Positions 1 through 13,234 of a stretch of DNA of 64,000 nt are shown here, piece by piece. Under the pieces are notes generated by a model. The model was not told where the DNA came from and ran no database searches. It worked only from the letters and a program-made list of their open reading frames with translations. The DNA lies in assembly GCA_964016885.1 (NCBI GenBank), contig OZ024740.1, positions 434,868,001-434,932,000 of the forward strand, given 5' to 3'. Numbering within the stretch: position 1 is the first letter of the stretch; each line of letters opens with the position of its first letter. A program made the translations under genes and the position numbers. The DNA is from Eledone cirrhosa. Lineage: Eukaryota.

Positions 1-406
1 CTAGATTGGATATATTAGCTAGGATGTAACAATACACATGTGTGTAGATATACATACACACACATTATATATATATATACATACACTAACATACAAATGA
101 TATACAATGACATCGAGATATACAATGACATCGAGTTTTAAAAAGTTAATAATTAATTAAAAATTAACAATTAAAATGGTATTTAAAAAATAAAAATGAT
201 ATAAACTAAGAAATTTCTTTTTTAAAACAGCTTTCAACAAATCCCAGCATAAATTGAAAAGAAAGGAAAGATGAGGAAGATATATCAGTTGGAACCAGTA
301 AATATCTTGTTTAGGAAAAGAAAATGTTTCACTTTAAATTGACTTTAATTTCCTTCCTGTTGAATAATTCCTTTCATATGTTAGTTGCTGGTGTTGTTAA
401 TCTACT

Positions 407-450
407 GGTTGAGGCACTAACAGCCAACCACAGCTGTTAGTGCCTCAACC
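407..450. other. Perfect 18-bp inverted repeat in the predicted EVI5 3' UTR
   Basis: GGTTGAGGCACTAACAGC-caaccaca-GCTGTTAGTGCCTCAACC. Confidence 0.9.
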
Positions 451-517
451 TTTAGAGAAATTGATTTTCTTTTTGAGATGATTGAACTGGCTTGTTTTAG
501 TTTAATTTTTTCAAGCT

Positions 518-838
518 TCATAAAGCAGCTTCTTTATCTTCAAGTGATCTTTCAAAAGACTGTACAGTTTTCTCTAACACTGCCAAGCTGTCATCTTCTC
601 CCTCAGTTTCATTTTTTTGTAATTCCGTGTCTGTATTGCTGGGGCTGAGGTCAAGAAAGCCATTCAAATGAGCTGAAGTATCAGATTTACCCTCAATTAT
701 TTCAGTTAAAGTCCTGTTAAGTGTTTCAGAATCCATTAATTCTCTCATTTCTTCATCATCTCCACCAACACTCATGAAACTGCCAATCATGGTTGCAGAT
801 TCGAAACCTGACCCATGGTCCATTTTTAGTTGCAGTAC
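518..838 (-). CDS. EVI5: EVI5-like terminal coding exon: VLQLKMDHGSGFESATMIG...LEDKEAAL*
   Basis: gtacag acceptor at 839-841 lies five codons upstream of the 518..823 ORF. Phase 0, acidic C-terminal tail, TGA at 518-520. Confidence 0.75.
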   Translation of the reverse strand, partial: VLQLKMDHGSGFESATMIGSFMSVGGDDEEMRELMDSETLNRTLTEIIEGKSDTSAHLNGFLDLSPSNTDTELQKNETEGEDDSLAVLEKTVQSFERSLEDKEAAL

Positions 839-939
839 CTGTACAATTGAAATAGAAGTTAGAAAGATATTTCGTTGAAAGGTCTGTTACTCTGCATCTC
901 TTTCTCTAGACCCTGTAAAAATACAAGAGGATAAATCTA

Positions 940-1200
940 AAGTCTGTCTTGAGCTTGGAGGCTCATCTGGTTAGTGGTCATCCTGGTTTCCATGGCGAGA
1001 AGTGACTGCAAGTACAAGACTTCCCCCTGGACAGGACACCAGTCCGTCACAGGGTTAAACCCCCAGCTATTACTGGTATTAATTTTCAGTTGAGTACACT
1101 GGAGCAATGTGAAAATGAAGTGTTTTGCTCAACACATAACCCAGTCCATCGCAAAATTATAATTGTAAGTCCAACACACCACTAGACTGCACACCTCCAC
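940..1200 (-). mobile_element. Degenerate SINE with the same centre but a different 3' tail
   Basis: Shares ctggagcaatgtgaaa..aagtgt.ttgctcaa with the SINEs above. The tail reads CCCTGTGACGGACTGGTGTCCTGTCCAGGGGG on the minus strand. Confidence 0.6.
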
Positions 1201-1607
1201 AATTTCTTTCTTTAGATCCTGTAAACTCCTGCTAGAGTAAGAGGAATACTGTAATGACATAGAGTGTTTCTTGAACATTTTGTTTAAACCTGGCAAAGCC
1301 CCCCTTTCCTGCCCGATCTGAATATGGCAAATTTCTTCCAGAGTAAGGAAGATAGATAGCAAAAATCGACCCCAACACTGTACTGGTACTTTTTTATTGA
1401 CCTCAGAGCAGTGAGGACCTGAAACTGCAAAGTATTCTACCTGTTGTTCTGTCATTTTACTACCACAGGGGTAGCAATATATAGAATGTCGTATATTGAG
1501 GGTGGTTGTGTGTGGGTGAGGGTCTTCAGAATATTGTGGGTGGTTACTTTAAGTTGGATTAATTCTATGATGGAGTTTCAGAAGAATATTATCCTAAATC
1601 GAAGGGT

Positions 1608-4600
1608 ACACCACTGAAGGGTGGGGAGTGCGATCTAGTTTCCCCTTACACCACTGCAGGGCGGGGAGTGTCATCTAGTGTCCCCTTACACCACTGAAGG
1701 GTGGGGAGTGCCATCTAGTGTCCCCTTACACCACTGTAGGATGGGGAGTGTCATCTAGTGTCCCCTTACACCACTGTAGGGTGGGGAGTGTCATCTAGTG
1801 TCCCCTTACACCACTGTAGGATGGGGAGTGTCATCTAGTGTCCCCTTACACCACTGTAGTGTGGGGAGTGTCATCTAGTGTCCCCTTACACCACTGTAGG
1901 GTGGGGAGTGTCATCTAGTGTCCCCTTACACCACTGTAGGGTGGGGAGTGTCATCTAGTGCCCCCTTACACCACTGTAGGGTGGGGAGTGTCATCTAGTG
2001 TCCCCTTACACCACTGTAGGGTGGGGAGTGTCATCTAGTGCCCTCTTACACCACTGTAGGGTGGGGAGTGTCATCTAGTGTCCCCTTACACCACTGTAGG
2101 GTGGGGAGTGTCATCTAGTGTCCCCTTACACCACTGTAGGGTGGGGAGTGTCATCTAGTGTCCCCTTACACCACTGTAGGGTGGGGAGTGTCATCTAGTG
2201 TCCCCTTACACCACTGTAGGGTGGGGAGTGTCATCTAGTGTCCCCTTACACCACTGTAGGGTGGGGAGTGTGATCTAGTGCCCCCTTACACCACTGTAGG
2301 GTGGGGAGTGTCATCTAGTGCCCCCTTACACCACTGTAGGGTGGGGAGTGTCATCTAGTGTCCCCTTACACCACTGTAGGGTGGGGAGTGTCATCTAGTG
2401 TCCCCTTACACCACTGTAGGGTGGGGAGTGTCATCTAGTGTCCCCTTACACCACTGTAGGGTGGGGAGTGTGATCTAGTGCCCCCTTACACCACTGTAGG
2501 GTGGGGAGTGTCATCTAGTGCCCCCTTACACCACTGTAGGGTGGGGAGTGTCATCTAGTGTCCCCTTACACCACTGTAGGGTGGGGAGTGTCATCTAGTG
2601 TCCCCTTACACCACTGTAGGGTGGCGAGTGTCATCTAGTGTCCCCTTACACCACTGTAGGGTGGGGAGTGTCATCTAGTGTCCCCTTACACCACTGTAGG
2701 GTGGGGAGTGTCATCTAGTGTCCCCTTACACCACTGTAGGGTGGGGAGTGTCATCTAGTGTCCCCTTACACCACTGTAGGGTGGGGAGTGTCATCTAGTG
2801 TCCCCTTACACCACTGTAGGGTGGGGAGTGTCATATAGTGTCCTCTTACACCACTGTAGTGTGGGGAGTGTCATCTAGTGTCCCCTTACACCACTGTAGG
2901 GTGGGGAGTGTCATCTAGTGTCCCCTTACACCACTGTAGTGTGGGGAGTGTCATCTAGTGTCCCCTTACACCACTGTAGGGTGGGGAGTGTCCCCTTACA
3001 CCACTGTAGGGTGGGGAGTGTCATCTAGTGTCCCCTTACACCACTGTAGGGTGGGGAGTGTCATCTAGTGTCCCCTTACACCACTGTAGTGTGGGGAGTG
3101 TCATCTAGTGTCCCCTTACACCACTGTAGGGTGGGGAGTGTCCCCTTACACCACTGTAGGGTGGGGAGTGTCATCTAGTGTCCCCTTACACCACTGTAGG
3201 GTGGGGAGTGTCATCTAGTGTCCTCTTACACCACTGTAGGGTGGGGAGTGTCATCTAGTGCCCCCTTACACCACTGTAGGATGGGGAGTGTCATCTAGTG
3301 TCCTCTTACACCACTGTAGGGTGGGGAGTGTCATCTAGTGTCCCCTTACACCACTGTAGGGTGGGGAGTGTCATCTAGTGTCCTCTTACACCACTGTAGG
3401 GTGGGGAGTGTCATCTAGTGTCCCCTTACACCACTGTAGGGTGGGGAGTGTGATCTAGTGCCCCCTTACACCACTGTAGGGTGGGGAGTGTCATCTAGTG
3501 TCCCCTTACACCACTGTAGGGTGGGGAGTGTCATCTAATGCCCCCTTATACCACTGTAGGGTGGGGAGTGTCATCTAGTGTCCCTTTACACCACTGTAGG
3601 GTGGGGAGTGTGATCTAGTGCCCCCTTACACCACTGTAGGGTGGGGAGTGTCATCTAGTGTCCCCTTACACCACTGTAGGGTGGGGAGTGTCATCTAGTG
3701 TCCCCTTACACCACTGTAGGGTGGGGAGTGTCATCTAGTGTCCCCTTACACCACTGAAAGGTGGGGAGTGTCATCTAGTGTGCCCTTACACCACTGTAGG
3801 GTGGGGAGTGTCATCTAGTGTCCCCTTACACCACTGTAGGGCGGGGAGTGTCATCTAGTGTCCCCTTACACCACTGTAGGGTGGGGAGTGTCATCTAGTG
3901 TCCCCTTACACCACTGTAGGGTGGGGAGTGTCATCTAGTGTCCCCTTACACCACTGTAGCGTGGGGAGTGTCATCTAGTGTCCCCTTACACCACTGTAGG
4001 GTGGGGAGTGTCATCTAGTGCCCCCTTACACCACTGTAGGGTGGGGAGTGTCATCTAGTGTCCCCTTACACCACTGTAGCGTGGGGAGTGTCATCTAGTG
4101 TCCCCTTACACCACTGTAGGGTGGGGAGTGTCATCTAGTGCCCCCTTACACCACTGTAGGGTGGGGAGTGTCATCTAGTGTCCCCTTACACCACTGTAGG
4201 GTGGGGAGTGTCATCTAGATTCCCCTTACACCACTGAAAGGTGGGGAGTGTCATCTAGTGTCCCCTTACACCACTGAAAGGTGGGGAGTGTCATCTAGTG
4301 TCCCTTTACACCACTGTAGGGTGGGGAGTGTCATCTAGTGTCCTCTTACACCACTGTAGGGTGGGGAGTGTCCCCTTACACCACTGTAGGGCGGGGAGTG
4401 TCATCTAGTGCCCCCTTACACCACTGAAGAGTGGGGAGTGTCATCTAGTGCCCCCTTACACCACTGTAGGGTGGGGAGTGTCATCTAGTGTCCCCTTACA
4501 CCACTGTAGGGTGGGGAGTGTCATCTAGTGTCCCTTTACACCACTGTAGGGTGGGGAGTGTCATCTAGTGTCCTCTTACACCACTGTAGGGTGGGGAGTG

Positions 4601-7600
4601 TGATCTAGTGCCCCCTTACACCACTGTAGGGTGGGGAGTGTCATCTAGTGTCCCCTTACACCACTGTAGGGTGGGGAGTGTCATCTAGTGTCCCCTTACA
4701 CCACTGTAGGATGGGGAGTGTCATCTAGTGTCCCCTTACACCACTGTAGGGTGGGGAGTGTCCCCTTACACCACTGTAGGGTGGGGAGTGTCATCTAGTG
4801 TCCCCTTACACCACTGTAGGGTGGGGAGTGTCCCCTTACACCACTGTAGGGTGGGGAGTGTCATCTAGTGTCCCCTTACACCACTGTAGGGTGGGGAGTG
4901 TCATCTAGTGTCCCCTTACACCACTGTAGGGTGGGGAGTGTCATCTAGTGTCCCCTTACACCACTGTAGGGTGGGGAGTGTCATCTAGTGTCCCCTTACA
5001 CCACTATAGGGTGGGGAGTGTCCCCTTACACCACTGTAGGGTGGGGAGTGTCCCCTTACACCACTGTAGGGTGGGGAGTGTCATCTAGTGCCCCCTTACA
5101 CCACTGTAGGGTGGGGAGTGTCCCCTTACACCACTGTAGGGTGGGGAGTGTCATCTAGTGTCCCCTTACACCACTGTAGGGTGGGGAGTGTCCCCTTACA
5201 CCACTGTAGGGTGGGGAGTGTTATCTAGTGTCCCCTTACACCACTGTAGGGTGGGGAGTGTCCCCTTACACCACTGTAGGGTGGGGAGTGTCATCTAGTG
5301 TCCCCTTACACCACTGTAGGGTGGGGAGTGTCCCCTTACACCACTGTAGGGTGGGGAGTGTCATCTAGTGCCCCCTTACACCACTGTAGGGTGGGGAGTG
5401 TCATCTAGTGTCCCTTTACACCACTGTAGGGCGGGGAGTGTCCCCTTACACCACTGTAGGGTGGGGAGTGTCATCTAGTGCCTCCTTACACCACTGTAGG
5501 GTGGGGAGTGTCATCTAGTGTCCCCTTACACCACTGTAGGGCGGGGAGTGTCCCCTTACACCACTGTAGGGTGGGGAGTGTCATCTAGTGTCCCCTTACA
5601 CCACTGTAGGGTGGGGAGTGTCCCCTTACACCACTGTAGGGTGGGGAGTGTCATCTAGTGCCCCCTTACACCACTGTAGGGTGGGGAGTGTCATCTAGTG
5701 TCCCTTTACACCACTGTAGGGCGGGGAGTGTCCCCTTACACCACTGTAGGGTGGGGAGTGTCATCTAGTGCCCCCTTACACCACTGTAGGGTGGGGAGTG
5801 TCATCTAGTGTCCCCTTACACCACTGTAGGGTGGGGAGTGTCATCTAGTGCCCCCTTACACCACTGTAGGGTGGGGAGTGTCATCTAGTGTCCCCTTACA
5901 CCACTGTAGGATGGGGAGTGTCATCTAGTGTCCCCTTACACCACTGTAGGGTGGGGAGTGTCATCTAGTGTCCCCTTACACCACTGTAGGATGGGGAGTG
6001 TCATCTAGTGTCCTCTTACACCACTGTAGGGTGGGGAGTGTCATCTAGTGTCCCCTTACACCACTGTAGGGTGGGGAGTGTCATCTAGTGTCCCCTTACA
6101 CCACTGTAGGGTGGGGAGTGTCATCTAGTGCCCCCTTACACCACTGTAGGGTGGGGAGTGTCATCTAGTGTCCCCTTACACCACTGTAGGGTGGGGAGTG
6201 TCATCTAGTGTCCCCTTACACCACTGTAGGGTGGGGAGTGTCATCTAGTGTCCCCTTACACCACTGTAGGGTGGGGAGTGTCATCTAGTGTCCCCTTACA
6301 CCACTGTAGGATGGGGAGTGTCATCTAGTGTCCTCTTACACCACTGTAGGGTGGGGAGTGTCATCTAGTGTCCCCTTACACCACTGTAGGGTGGGGAGTG
6401 TCATCTAGTGTCCCCTTACACCACTGTAGGGTGGGGAGTGTCATCTAGTGTCCCCTTACACCACTGTAGGGTGGGGAGTGTCCCCTTACACCACTGTAGG
6501 GTGGGGAGTGTCATCTAGTGCCCCCTTACACCACTGTAGGGTGGGGAGTGTCATCTAGTGTCCCCTTACACCACTGTAGGGTGGGGAGTGTCATCTAGTG
6601 TCCCCTTACACCACTGTAGGGTGGGGAGTGTCATCTAGTGTCCTCTTACACCACTGTAGGGTGGGGAGTGTCATCTAGTGTCCCCTTACACCACTGTAGG
6701 ATGGGGAGTGTCATCTAGTGTCCTCTTACACCACTGTAGGGTGGGGAGTGTCATCTAGTGTCCCTTTACACCACTGTAGGATGGGGAGTGTCCCCTTACA
6801 CCACTGTAGGGTGGGGAGTGTCATCTAGTGTCCCCTTACACCACTGTAGGGTGGGGAGTGTCATCTAGTGTCCCTTTACACCACTGTAGGGCGGGGAGTG
6901 TCATCTAGTGTCCCCTTACACCACTGTAGGGTGGGGAGTGTCATCTAGTGTCCCCTTACACCACTGTAGGATGGGGAGTGTCATCTAGTGTCCTCTTACA
7001 CCACTGTAGGGTGGGGAGTGTCATCTAGTGTCCCCTTACACCACTGTAGGGTGGGGAGTGTCATCTAGTGTCCCCTTACACCACTGTAGGGTGGGGAGTG
7101 TCATCTAGTGTCCCCTTACACCACTGTAGGGTGGGGAGTGTCATCTAGTGTCCTCTTACACCACTGTAGGGTGGGGAGTGTCATCTAGTGTCCCCTTACA
7201 CCACTGTAGGGTGGGGAGTGTCATCTAGTGTCCTCTTACACCACTGTAGGGTGGGGAGTGTCATCTAGTGTCCACTTACACCACTGTAGGGTGGGGAGTG
7301 TCATCTAGTGTCCCCTTACACCACTGTAGGGTGGGGAGTGTCATCTAGTGTCCCCTTACACCACTGTAGGGTGGGGAGTGTCATCTAGTGTCCCCTTACA
7401 CCACTGTAGGGTGGGGAGTGTCATCTAGTGTCCCCTTACACCACTGTAGGGTGGGGAGTGTCATCTAGTGTCCCCTTACACCACTGTAGGGTGGGGAGTG
7501 TCATCTAGTGTCCTCTAATACCACTGTAGGGTGGGGAGTGTCCTCTAGTGACCCCTTACACCACTGTAGGGTGGGGAGTGTCATCTAGTGACCCCTTACA

Positions 7601-10390
7601 CCACTGTAGGGTGGGGAGTGTCATCTAGTGTCCCCTTACACCACTGTAGGGTGGGGAGTGTCATCTAGTGTCCCTTTACACCACTGAAGAGTGGGGAGTG
7701 TCATCTAGTGACCCCTTACACCACTGTAGGGTGGGGAGTGTCATCTAGTGCCCCCTTACACCACTGTAGGGTGGGGAGTGTCATCTAGTGCCCCCTTACA
7801 CCACTGTAGGGTGGGGAGTGTCATCTAGTGTCCCCTTACACCACTGTAGGATGGGGAGTGTCCCCTTACACCACTGTAGGGTGGGGAGTGTCATCTAGTG
7901 TCCCCTTACACCACTGTAGGGTGGGGAGTGTCATCTAGTGTCCCTTTACACCACTGTAGGGCGGGGAGTGTCATCTAGTGTCCCCTTACACCACTGTAGG
8001 GTGGGGAGTGTCATCTAGTGTCCCCTTACACCACTGTAGGATGGGGAGTGTCATCTAGTGTCCTCTTACACCACTGTAGGGTGGGGAGTGTCATCTAGTG
8101 TCCCCTTACACCACTGTAGGGTGGGGAGTGTCATCTAGTGTCCCCTTACACCACTGTAGGGTGGGGAGTGTCATCTAGTGTCCCCTTACACCACTGTAGG
8201 GTGGGGAGTGTCATCTAGTGTCCTCTTACACCACTGTAGGGTGGGGAGTGTCATCTAGTGTCCCCTTACACCACTGTAGGGTGGGGAGTGTCATCTAGTG
8301 TCCTCTTACACCACTGTAGGGTGGGGAGTGTCATCTAGTGTCCCCTTACACCACTGTAGGGTGGGGAGTGTCATCTAGTGTCCCCTTACACCACTGTAGG
8401 GTGGGGAGTGTCATCTAGTGTCCCCTTACACCACTGTAGGGTGGGGAGTGTCATCTAGTGTCCTCTAATACCACTGTAGGGTGGGGAGTGTCCTCTAGTG
8501 ACCCCTTACACCACTGTAGGGTGGGGAGTGTCATCTAGTGACCCCTTACACCACTGTAGGGTGGGGAGTGTCATCTAGTGTCCCCTTACACCACTGTAGG
8601 GTGGGGAGTGTCATCTAGTGTCCCTTTACACCACTGAAGAGTGGGGAGTGTCATCTAGTGACCCCTTACACCACTGTAGGGTGGGGAGTGTCATCTAGTG
8701 CCCCCTTACACCACTGTAGGGTGGGGAGTGTCATCTAGTGCCCCCTTACACCACTGTAGGGTGGGGAGTGTCATCTAGTGTCCCCTTACACCACTGTAGG
8801 GTGGGGAGTGTCATCTAGTGTCCCCTTACACCACTGTAGGGTGGGGAGTGTCATCTAGTGTCCCCTTACACCACTGTAGGGTGGGGAGTGTCATCTAGTG
8901 TCCCCTTACACCACTGTAGGGTGGGGAGTGTCATCTAGTGTCCCCTTACACCACTGTAGGGTGGGGAGTGTCATCTAGTGTCCCCTTACACCACTGTAGG
9001 GTGGGGAGTGTCATCTAGTGTCCCCTTACACCACTGTAGGGTGGGGAGTGTCATCTAGTGTCCCCTTACACCACTGTAGGGTGGGGAGTGTCATCTAGTG
9101 TCCCCTTACACCACTGTAGGGTGGGGAGTGTCATCTAGTGTCCCCTTACACCACTGTAGGGTGGGGAGTGTCATCTAGTGTCCCCTTAAACCACTGTAGG
9201 GTGGGGAGTGTCATCTAGTGTCCCCTTACACCACTGTAGGGTGGGGAGTGTCATCTAGTGTCCCCTTACACCACTGTAGGGTGGGGAGTGTCATCTAGTG
9301 TCCCCTTACACCACTGTAGGGTGGGGAGTGTCATCTAGTGTCCCCTTACACCACTGTAGGGTGGGGAGTGTCATCTAGTGTCCCCTTACACCACTGTAGG
9401 ATGGGGAGTGTCATCTAGTGTCCTCTTACACCACTGAAGAGTGGGGAGTGTCATCTAGTGCCCCCTTACACCACTGTAGGGTGGGGAGTGTCATCTAGTG
9501 TCCCTTTACACCACTGTAGGGTGGGGAGTGTCATCTAGTGTCCCCTTACACCACTGTAGGGTGGGGAGTGTCATCTAGTGTCCCCTTACACCACTGTAGG
9601 GTGGGGAGTGTCATCTAGTGTCCCCTTACACCACTGAAGAGTGGGGAGTGTCATCTAGTGCCCCCTTACACCACTGTAGGGTGGGGAGTGTCATCTAGTG
9701 TCCCTTTACACCACTGTAGGGTGGGGAGTGTCATCTAGTGTCCTCTTACACCACTGTAGGGTGGGGAGTGTCATCTAGTGTCCCCTTACACCACTGAAGA
9801 GTGGGGAGTGTCATCTAGTGCCCCCTTACACCACTGTAGGGTGGGGAGTGTCATCTAGTGTCCCTTTACACCACTGTAGGGTGGGGAGTGTCATCTAGTG
9901 TCCCCTTACACCACTGTAGGGTGGGGAGTGTCATCTAGTGTCCCTTTACACCACTGTAGGATGGGGAGTGTCATCTAGTGTCCCCTTACACCACTGTAGG
10001 GTGGGGAGTGTCATCTAGTGTCCCTTTACACCACTGTAGGATGGGGAGTGTCATCTAGTGTCCCCTTACACCACTGTAGGGTGGGGAGTGTCATCTAGTG
10101 TCCCCTTACACCACTGAAGAGTGGGGAGTGTCATCTAGTGCCCCCTTACACCACTGAAGAGTGGGGAGTGTCATCTAGTGCCCCCTTACACCACTGAAGA
10201 GTGGGGAGTGTCATCTAGTGTCCCTTTACACCACTGTAGGGTGGGGAGTGTCATCTAGTGCCCCCTTACACCACTGAAGAGTGGGGAGTGTCATCTAGTG
10301 CCCCCTTACACCACTGAAGAGTGGGGAGTGTCATCTAGTGCCCCCTTACACCACTGAAGAGTGGGGAGTATCATCTAGTGCCCCCTTACC
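1608..10390. repeat. 40-bp minisatellite, about 220 copies (TCCCCTTACACCACTGTAGGGTGGGGAGTGTCATCTAGTG), with interspersed 30-bp deletion units
   Basis: Directly visible tandem periodicity. Confidence 0.99.
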
Positions 10391-10804
10391 AGATAATTCA
10401 CCTGCCTTCACCTGTTAAAGCCTTTCTCCCCAAATTTCTCACTGAATCTCTTTCCAAACACCAACCCCCACCAAAACCTTATCCTTATCAACTGCAGCAA
10501 GCCTATAGCCCCACACTTCCAAGAAACTCATTTTTATCACTTTTAGCCATTTTTTTTCTTTTAACACAGAAATAAAACATAATCCAAACCTCTTCTCACT
10601 CTCAAACTATTTCTCTGACTTACAATTTAAACTCAAGTTAAATACTACAAACCTAACCCTCTTATCTTTCGCCAACCCTCCCTTGTTCGGCTTAAAAATG
10701 TTATTAGCATGGCCCTTCTTTAGGAAAACTATATATATATATATATATATACACACACATATACATATATATCTATATAGACACACATACATATATATAC
10801 ACAT

Positions 10805-10917
10805 GTCAGTTCCCGTATGAGCAAGACAAGTTAAGCCGACCGGCTACTGCCCACAACAGGACAACCCATCTAACCCATGCTAGCATGGAAGAACGGACGT
10901 AAAACGGTGATGATGAT
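10805..10917 (+). mobile_element. RTE-type 3' tail fragment
   Basis: cccatctaacccatgctagcatggaagaacggacgtaaaacggtgatgatgat. Confidence 0.65.
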
Positions 10918-11199
10918 CATCATCATCATTTTACGTCCGCTTTTCCCTGTTAGCAAGGGTGGGACGGGAACTGATGCTGGCTTGATTTCTACAGCTGGAT
11001 GCCCTTCCTAACACCAACCTCATTTACAGTGTGGGCTGGGTGCTTTTTTACCATGGCGCCTACACGTCCACTTCTACAGCTGAGTAAACTGGAGCAATGT
11101 GAAATAAAGTGTCTTGCTCAAGGAAACCACACATCACCCAGTCTGAGAATTGAACTCGATTGCAAGGCTAATGCTCTAACCACTAAGCCATGTGTCTCC
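10918..11199 (-). mobile_element. tRNA-derived SINE with a CORE-like centre and RTE-type 3' tail
   Basis: On the minus strand: A-box TGGCTTAGTGG, B-box GAGTTCAATTCT, centre CCTTGAGCAAGACACTTTATTTCAC, and tail GGTTGGTGTTAGGAAGGGCATCCAGCTGTAGAAA...GGACGTAAAA(TGA)n. A second copy is at 40135-40478. Confidence 0.85.
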
Positions 11200-11374
11200 A
11201 TATATATATATATATACATACACACACACACACATACATATATTACACACACACACATATATATATATATCAACACCAATAAAACAATAAGAACAAGTTT
11301 TCTCCCTCTTAAAAAGATTATTCCAACAAGGAAAGTAAGAGAGACATCAAATGTTTAGCTTGAGTTGCTGTTAA

Positions 11375-11560
11375 TAATTGTTTATGTTTGGCACAAGGCC
11401 AGCAATTTGAAGGGAAAATCAATCAAATCAACCTCAGTGAATTACTGGTGCTTTATTTTATCGACCCTGTAAAGATGCAAGGCAAAGTTGACCTCGGCAG
11501 GATTTCAACTCAGAATCTGAAGAACTGTAACTATATGCCACAAAACATGTTCGATGCTCC
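11375..11560 (-). mobile_element. Second SINE family copy
   Basis: ggcacaaggccagcaatt...ttactggtgctttattttatcgaccctgtaaagatgcaaggcaaagttgacctcggcaggatttcaactcaga. Confidence 0.7.
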
Positions 11561-11694
11561 ACTGATTACTGCCAACCCAAATGAGAATGTAAAACTAAAG
11601 TGGTGTATCCATCAAAAGGACAAAAATACACATGTAATTTGTGAAATAAAAATAACAGCCGTTTTAAGGAAGGGAGACAACCTGCTTTACTTAC

Positions 11695-11781
11695 CTCATC
11701 CTGAAGATCATAGATTTTATTCTCTAAGTCTTGAGTTCCTCCTTTTACCATCAGTTGTCTGGATGTTATTAATTCAGCTTT
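11695..11781 (-). CDS. EVI5: EVI5-like coding exon: KAELITSRQLMVKGGTQDLENKIYDLQDE
   Basis: 87 bp, phase 0, ctacag/gtaagt. Position and heptad pattern fit the penultimate EVI5 exon. Confidence 0.82.
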
Positions 11782-12373
11782 CTGTAGCAACAAAAGAATC
11801 TCTCGTTATTTCAGCAGCTAATTAATACATTTTTATTTCTATTTCTCTAAAATTATTTCAACAATTTAATGATTCAATCAACTTATTGATATTGTCTCTA
11901 TACTTTTTTTGTAAGTAATAAAAATAATCTTTTATTTCTAGGATAAAATTACATAAAAATAAAGAGTTTCAAATTTAATTGAACATAAAGAGAAAGTAGC
12001 ATTGGAAAGGACTATAATTGAAGAAATATGCTCAAGGTACCACGAAGTGGGATGAATCCCGGAACCAAGTGATAGCAAAGTGAACTTCATAAACACATCT
12101 GAACCTCTGCATGTGTCTATATATGTTCCAGCTGTGACCATCACAACATTTTAATCAGACATAATGTATCTTGGACCACATTATCCAATATGACTTGTTT
12201 TTTTAAAAGGTATTTTTGAGGGATCTTTGGCTGCTATTTCAGCAACATAAGCAACCACTCAAATGTTCCCTCATTGTAACATCTCTTATAAATGTATTTT
12301 GTTGTGGTTCCCTCCATTACCTCAATATATTATATTAATTAAACAGTCTACAACAACAACCCTCACCACTTAC

Positions 12374-12469
12374 CTGGACTTCTAAATGAGCTACTTTTTG
12401 TTTCAATTCTCCTACTAATTGTGCAGCTTCAGCTTCCTTAATCCTAAACATCATGAGATCTTCTTTTCG
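12374..12469 (-). CDS. EVI5: EVI5-like coding exon: RKEDLMMFRIKEAEAAQLVGELKQKVAHLEVQ
   Basis: 96 bp, phase 0, ttgtag/gtaagt. Resembles EVI5 KEEVMAVRLREADS..VAELRQHIAELEIQ. Confidence 0.88.
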
Positions 12470-12714
12470 CTACAAAACAAAAGTGAAATATAATTTTATA
12501 GATTATTACCATCATTGTTTTGAAATGCAGTTTTCTATGCTGTAATAAGTTGGATGAGATAATTTAAAGAGACAATTCCATTGATGTTCTTCTTAATACC
12601 AATCCTGCCTTGTTTTACAACCCAGAACATCCTCTAATGATTTAGCAGAAAATATCTAAAAAGCACACATATAAGTCTATATATTGAATATAAAATATAA
12701 TTCTATATTAATGA

Positions 12715-12930
12715 TTTCTAATCTAGACAGAAGGCCAGTAAATTTAGAGAGAGAGAGGAAAGTTAATTAAATCAACCCCAGTATTTGACTGGTACTTTAT
12801 CAGCCTCAATGTGTTACTGGCACTTTATTTTATCAGCCCTGGAAGGATGAAAGGTAAAATTAATCTGAGAAGGATTAGAACTCAGACTTGGAACAAATAC
12901 TGCAAGGTATTTTGTCCAATGTTTTACTGA
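12715..12930 (-). mobile_element. Second SINE family copy (diverged)
   Basis: ctggcactttattttatcagccctggaaggatgaaaggtaaaattaatctgagaaggattagaactcagac. Confidence 0.6.
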
Positions 12931-13234
12931 TTGTACCAATCAAGTCGGTACTGAAATAGGACAACTGACCCCCCCCCCCCAGACAGGGCAGGGAACAGGG
13001 GTTTGCATCTCACTAATGTACAGTTATTTCACTAATTTCTTCAAATTGTGGATTATTTAGAAAAATTCAGTGAAAAATATTTCATTAGAACTATGTTATT
13101 AACCGTTTAGCCGGATCCAGCCAGAATTCTCCCCCCTCTTTCTGTTCAAACCAGCTGTAATTGGCTGGTTATACTGATGTTAACATATAAATAATATCAA
13201 AATCTCATAGATCCAATGTGAAAATATTATAGTA

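Noticed and set aside
407-520. TGA plus downstream hairpin as a selenocysteine/SECIS signal
   Set aside because: The hairpin lacks the AUGA/GA quartet and apical AA, and read-through would add only about 7 residues.
1608-10390. CRISPR-like regular repeats with hairpins (also the 46, 52 and 59-bp arrays)
   Set aside because: There are no unique spacers and no cas genes, and the context is a eukaryotic intron.
11140-11199. tRNA-like sequence (also 40410-40478 and 22865-22936)
   Set aside because: These are SINE heads with A/B boxes, no complete cloverleaf, and SINE bodies attached.
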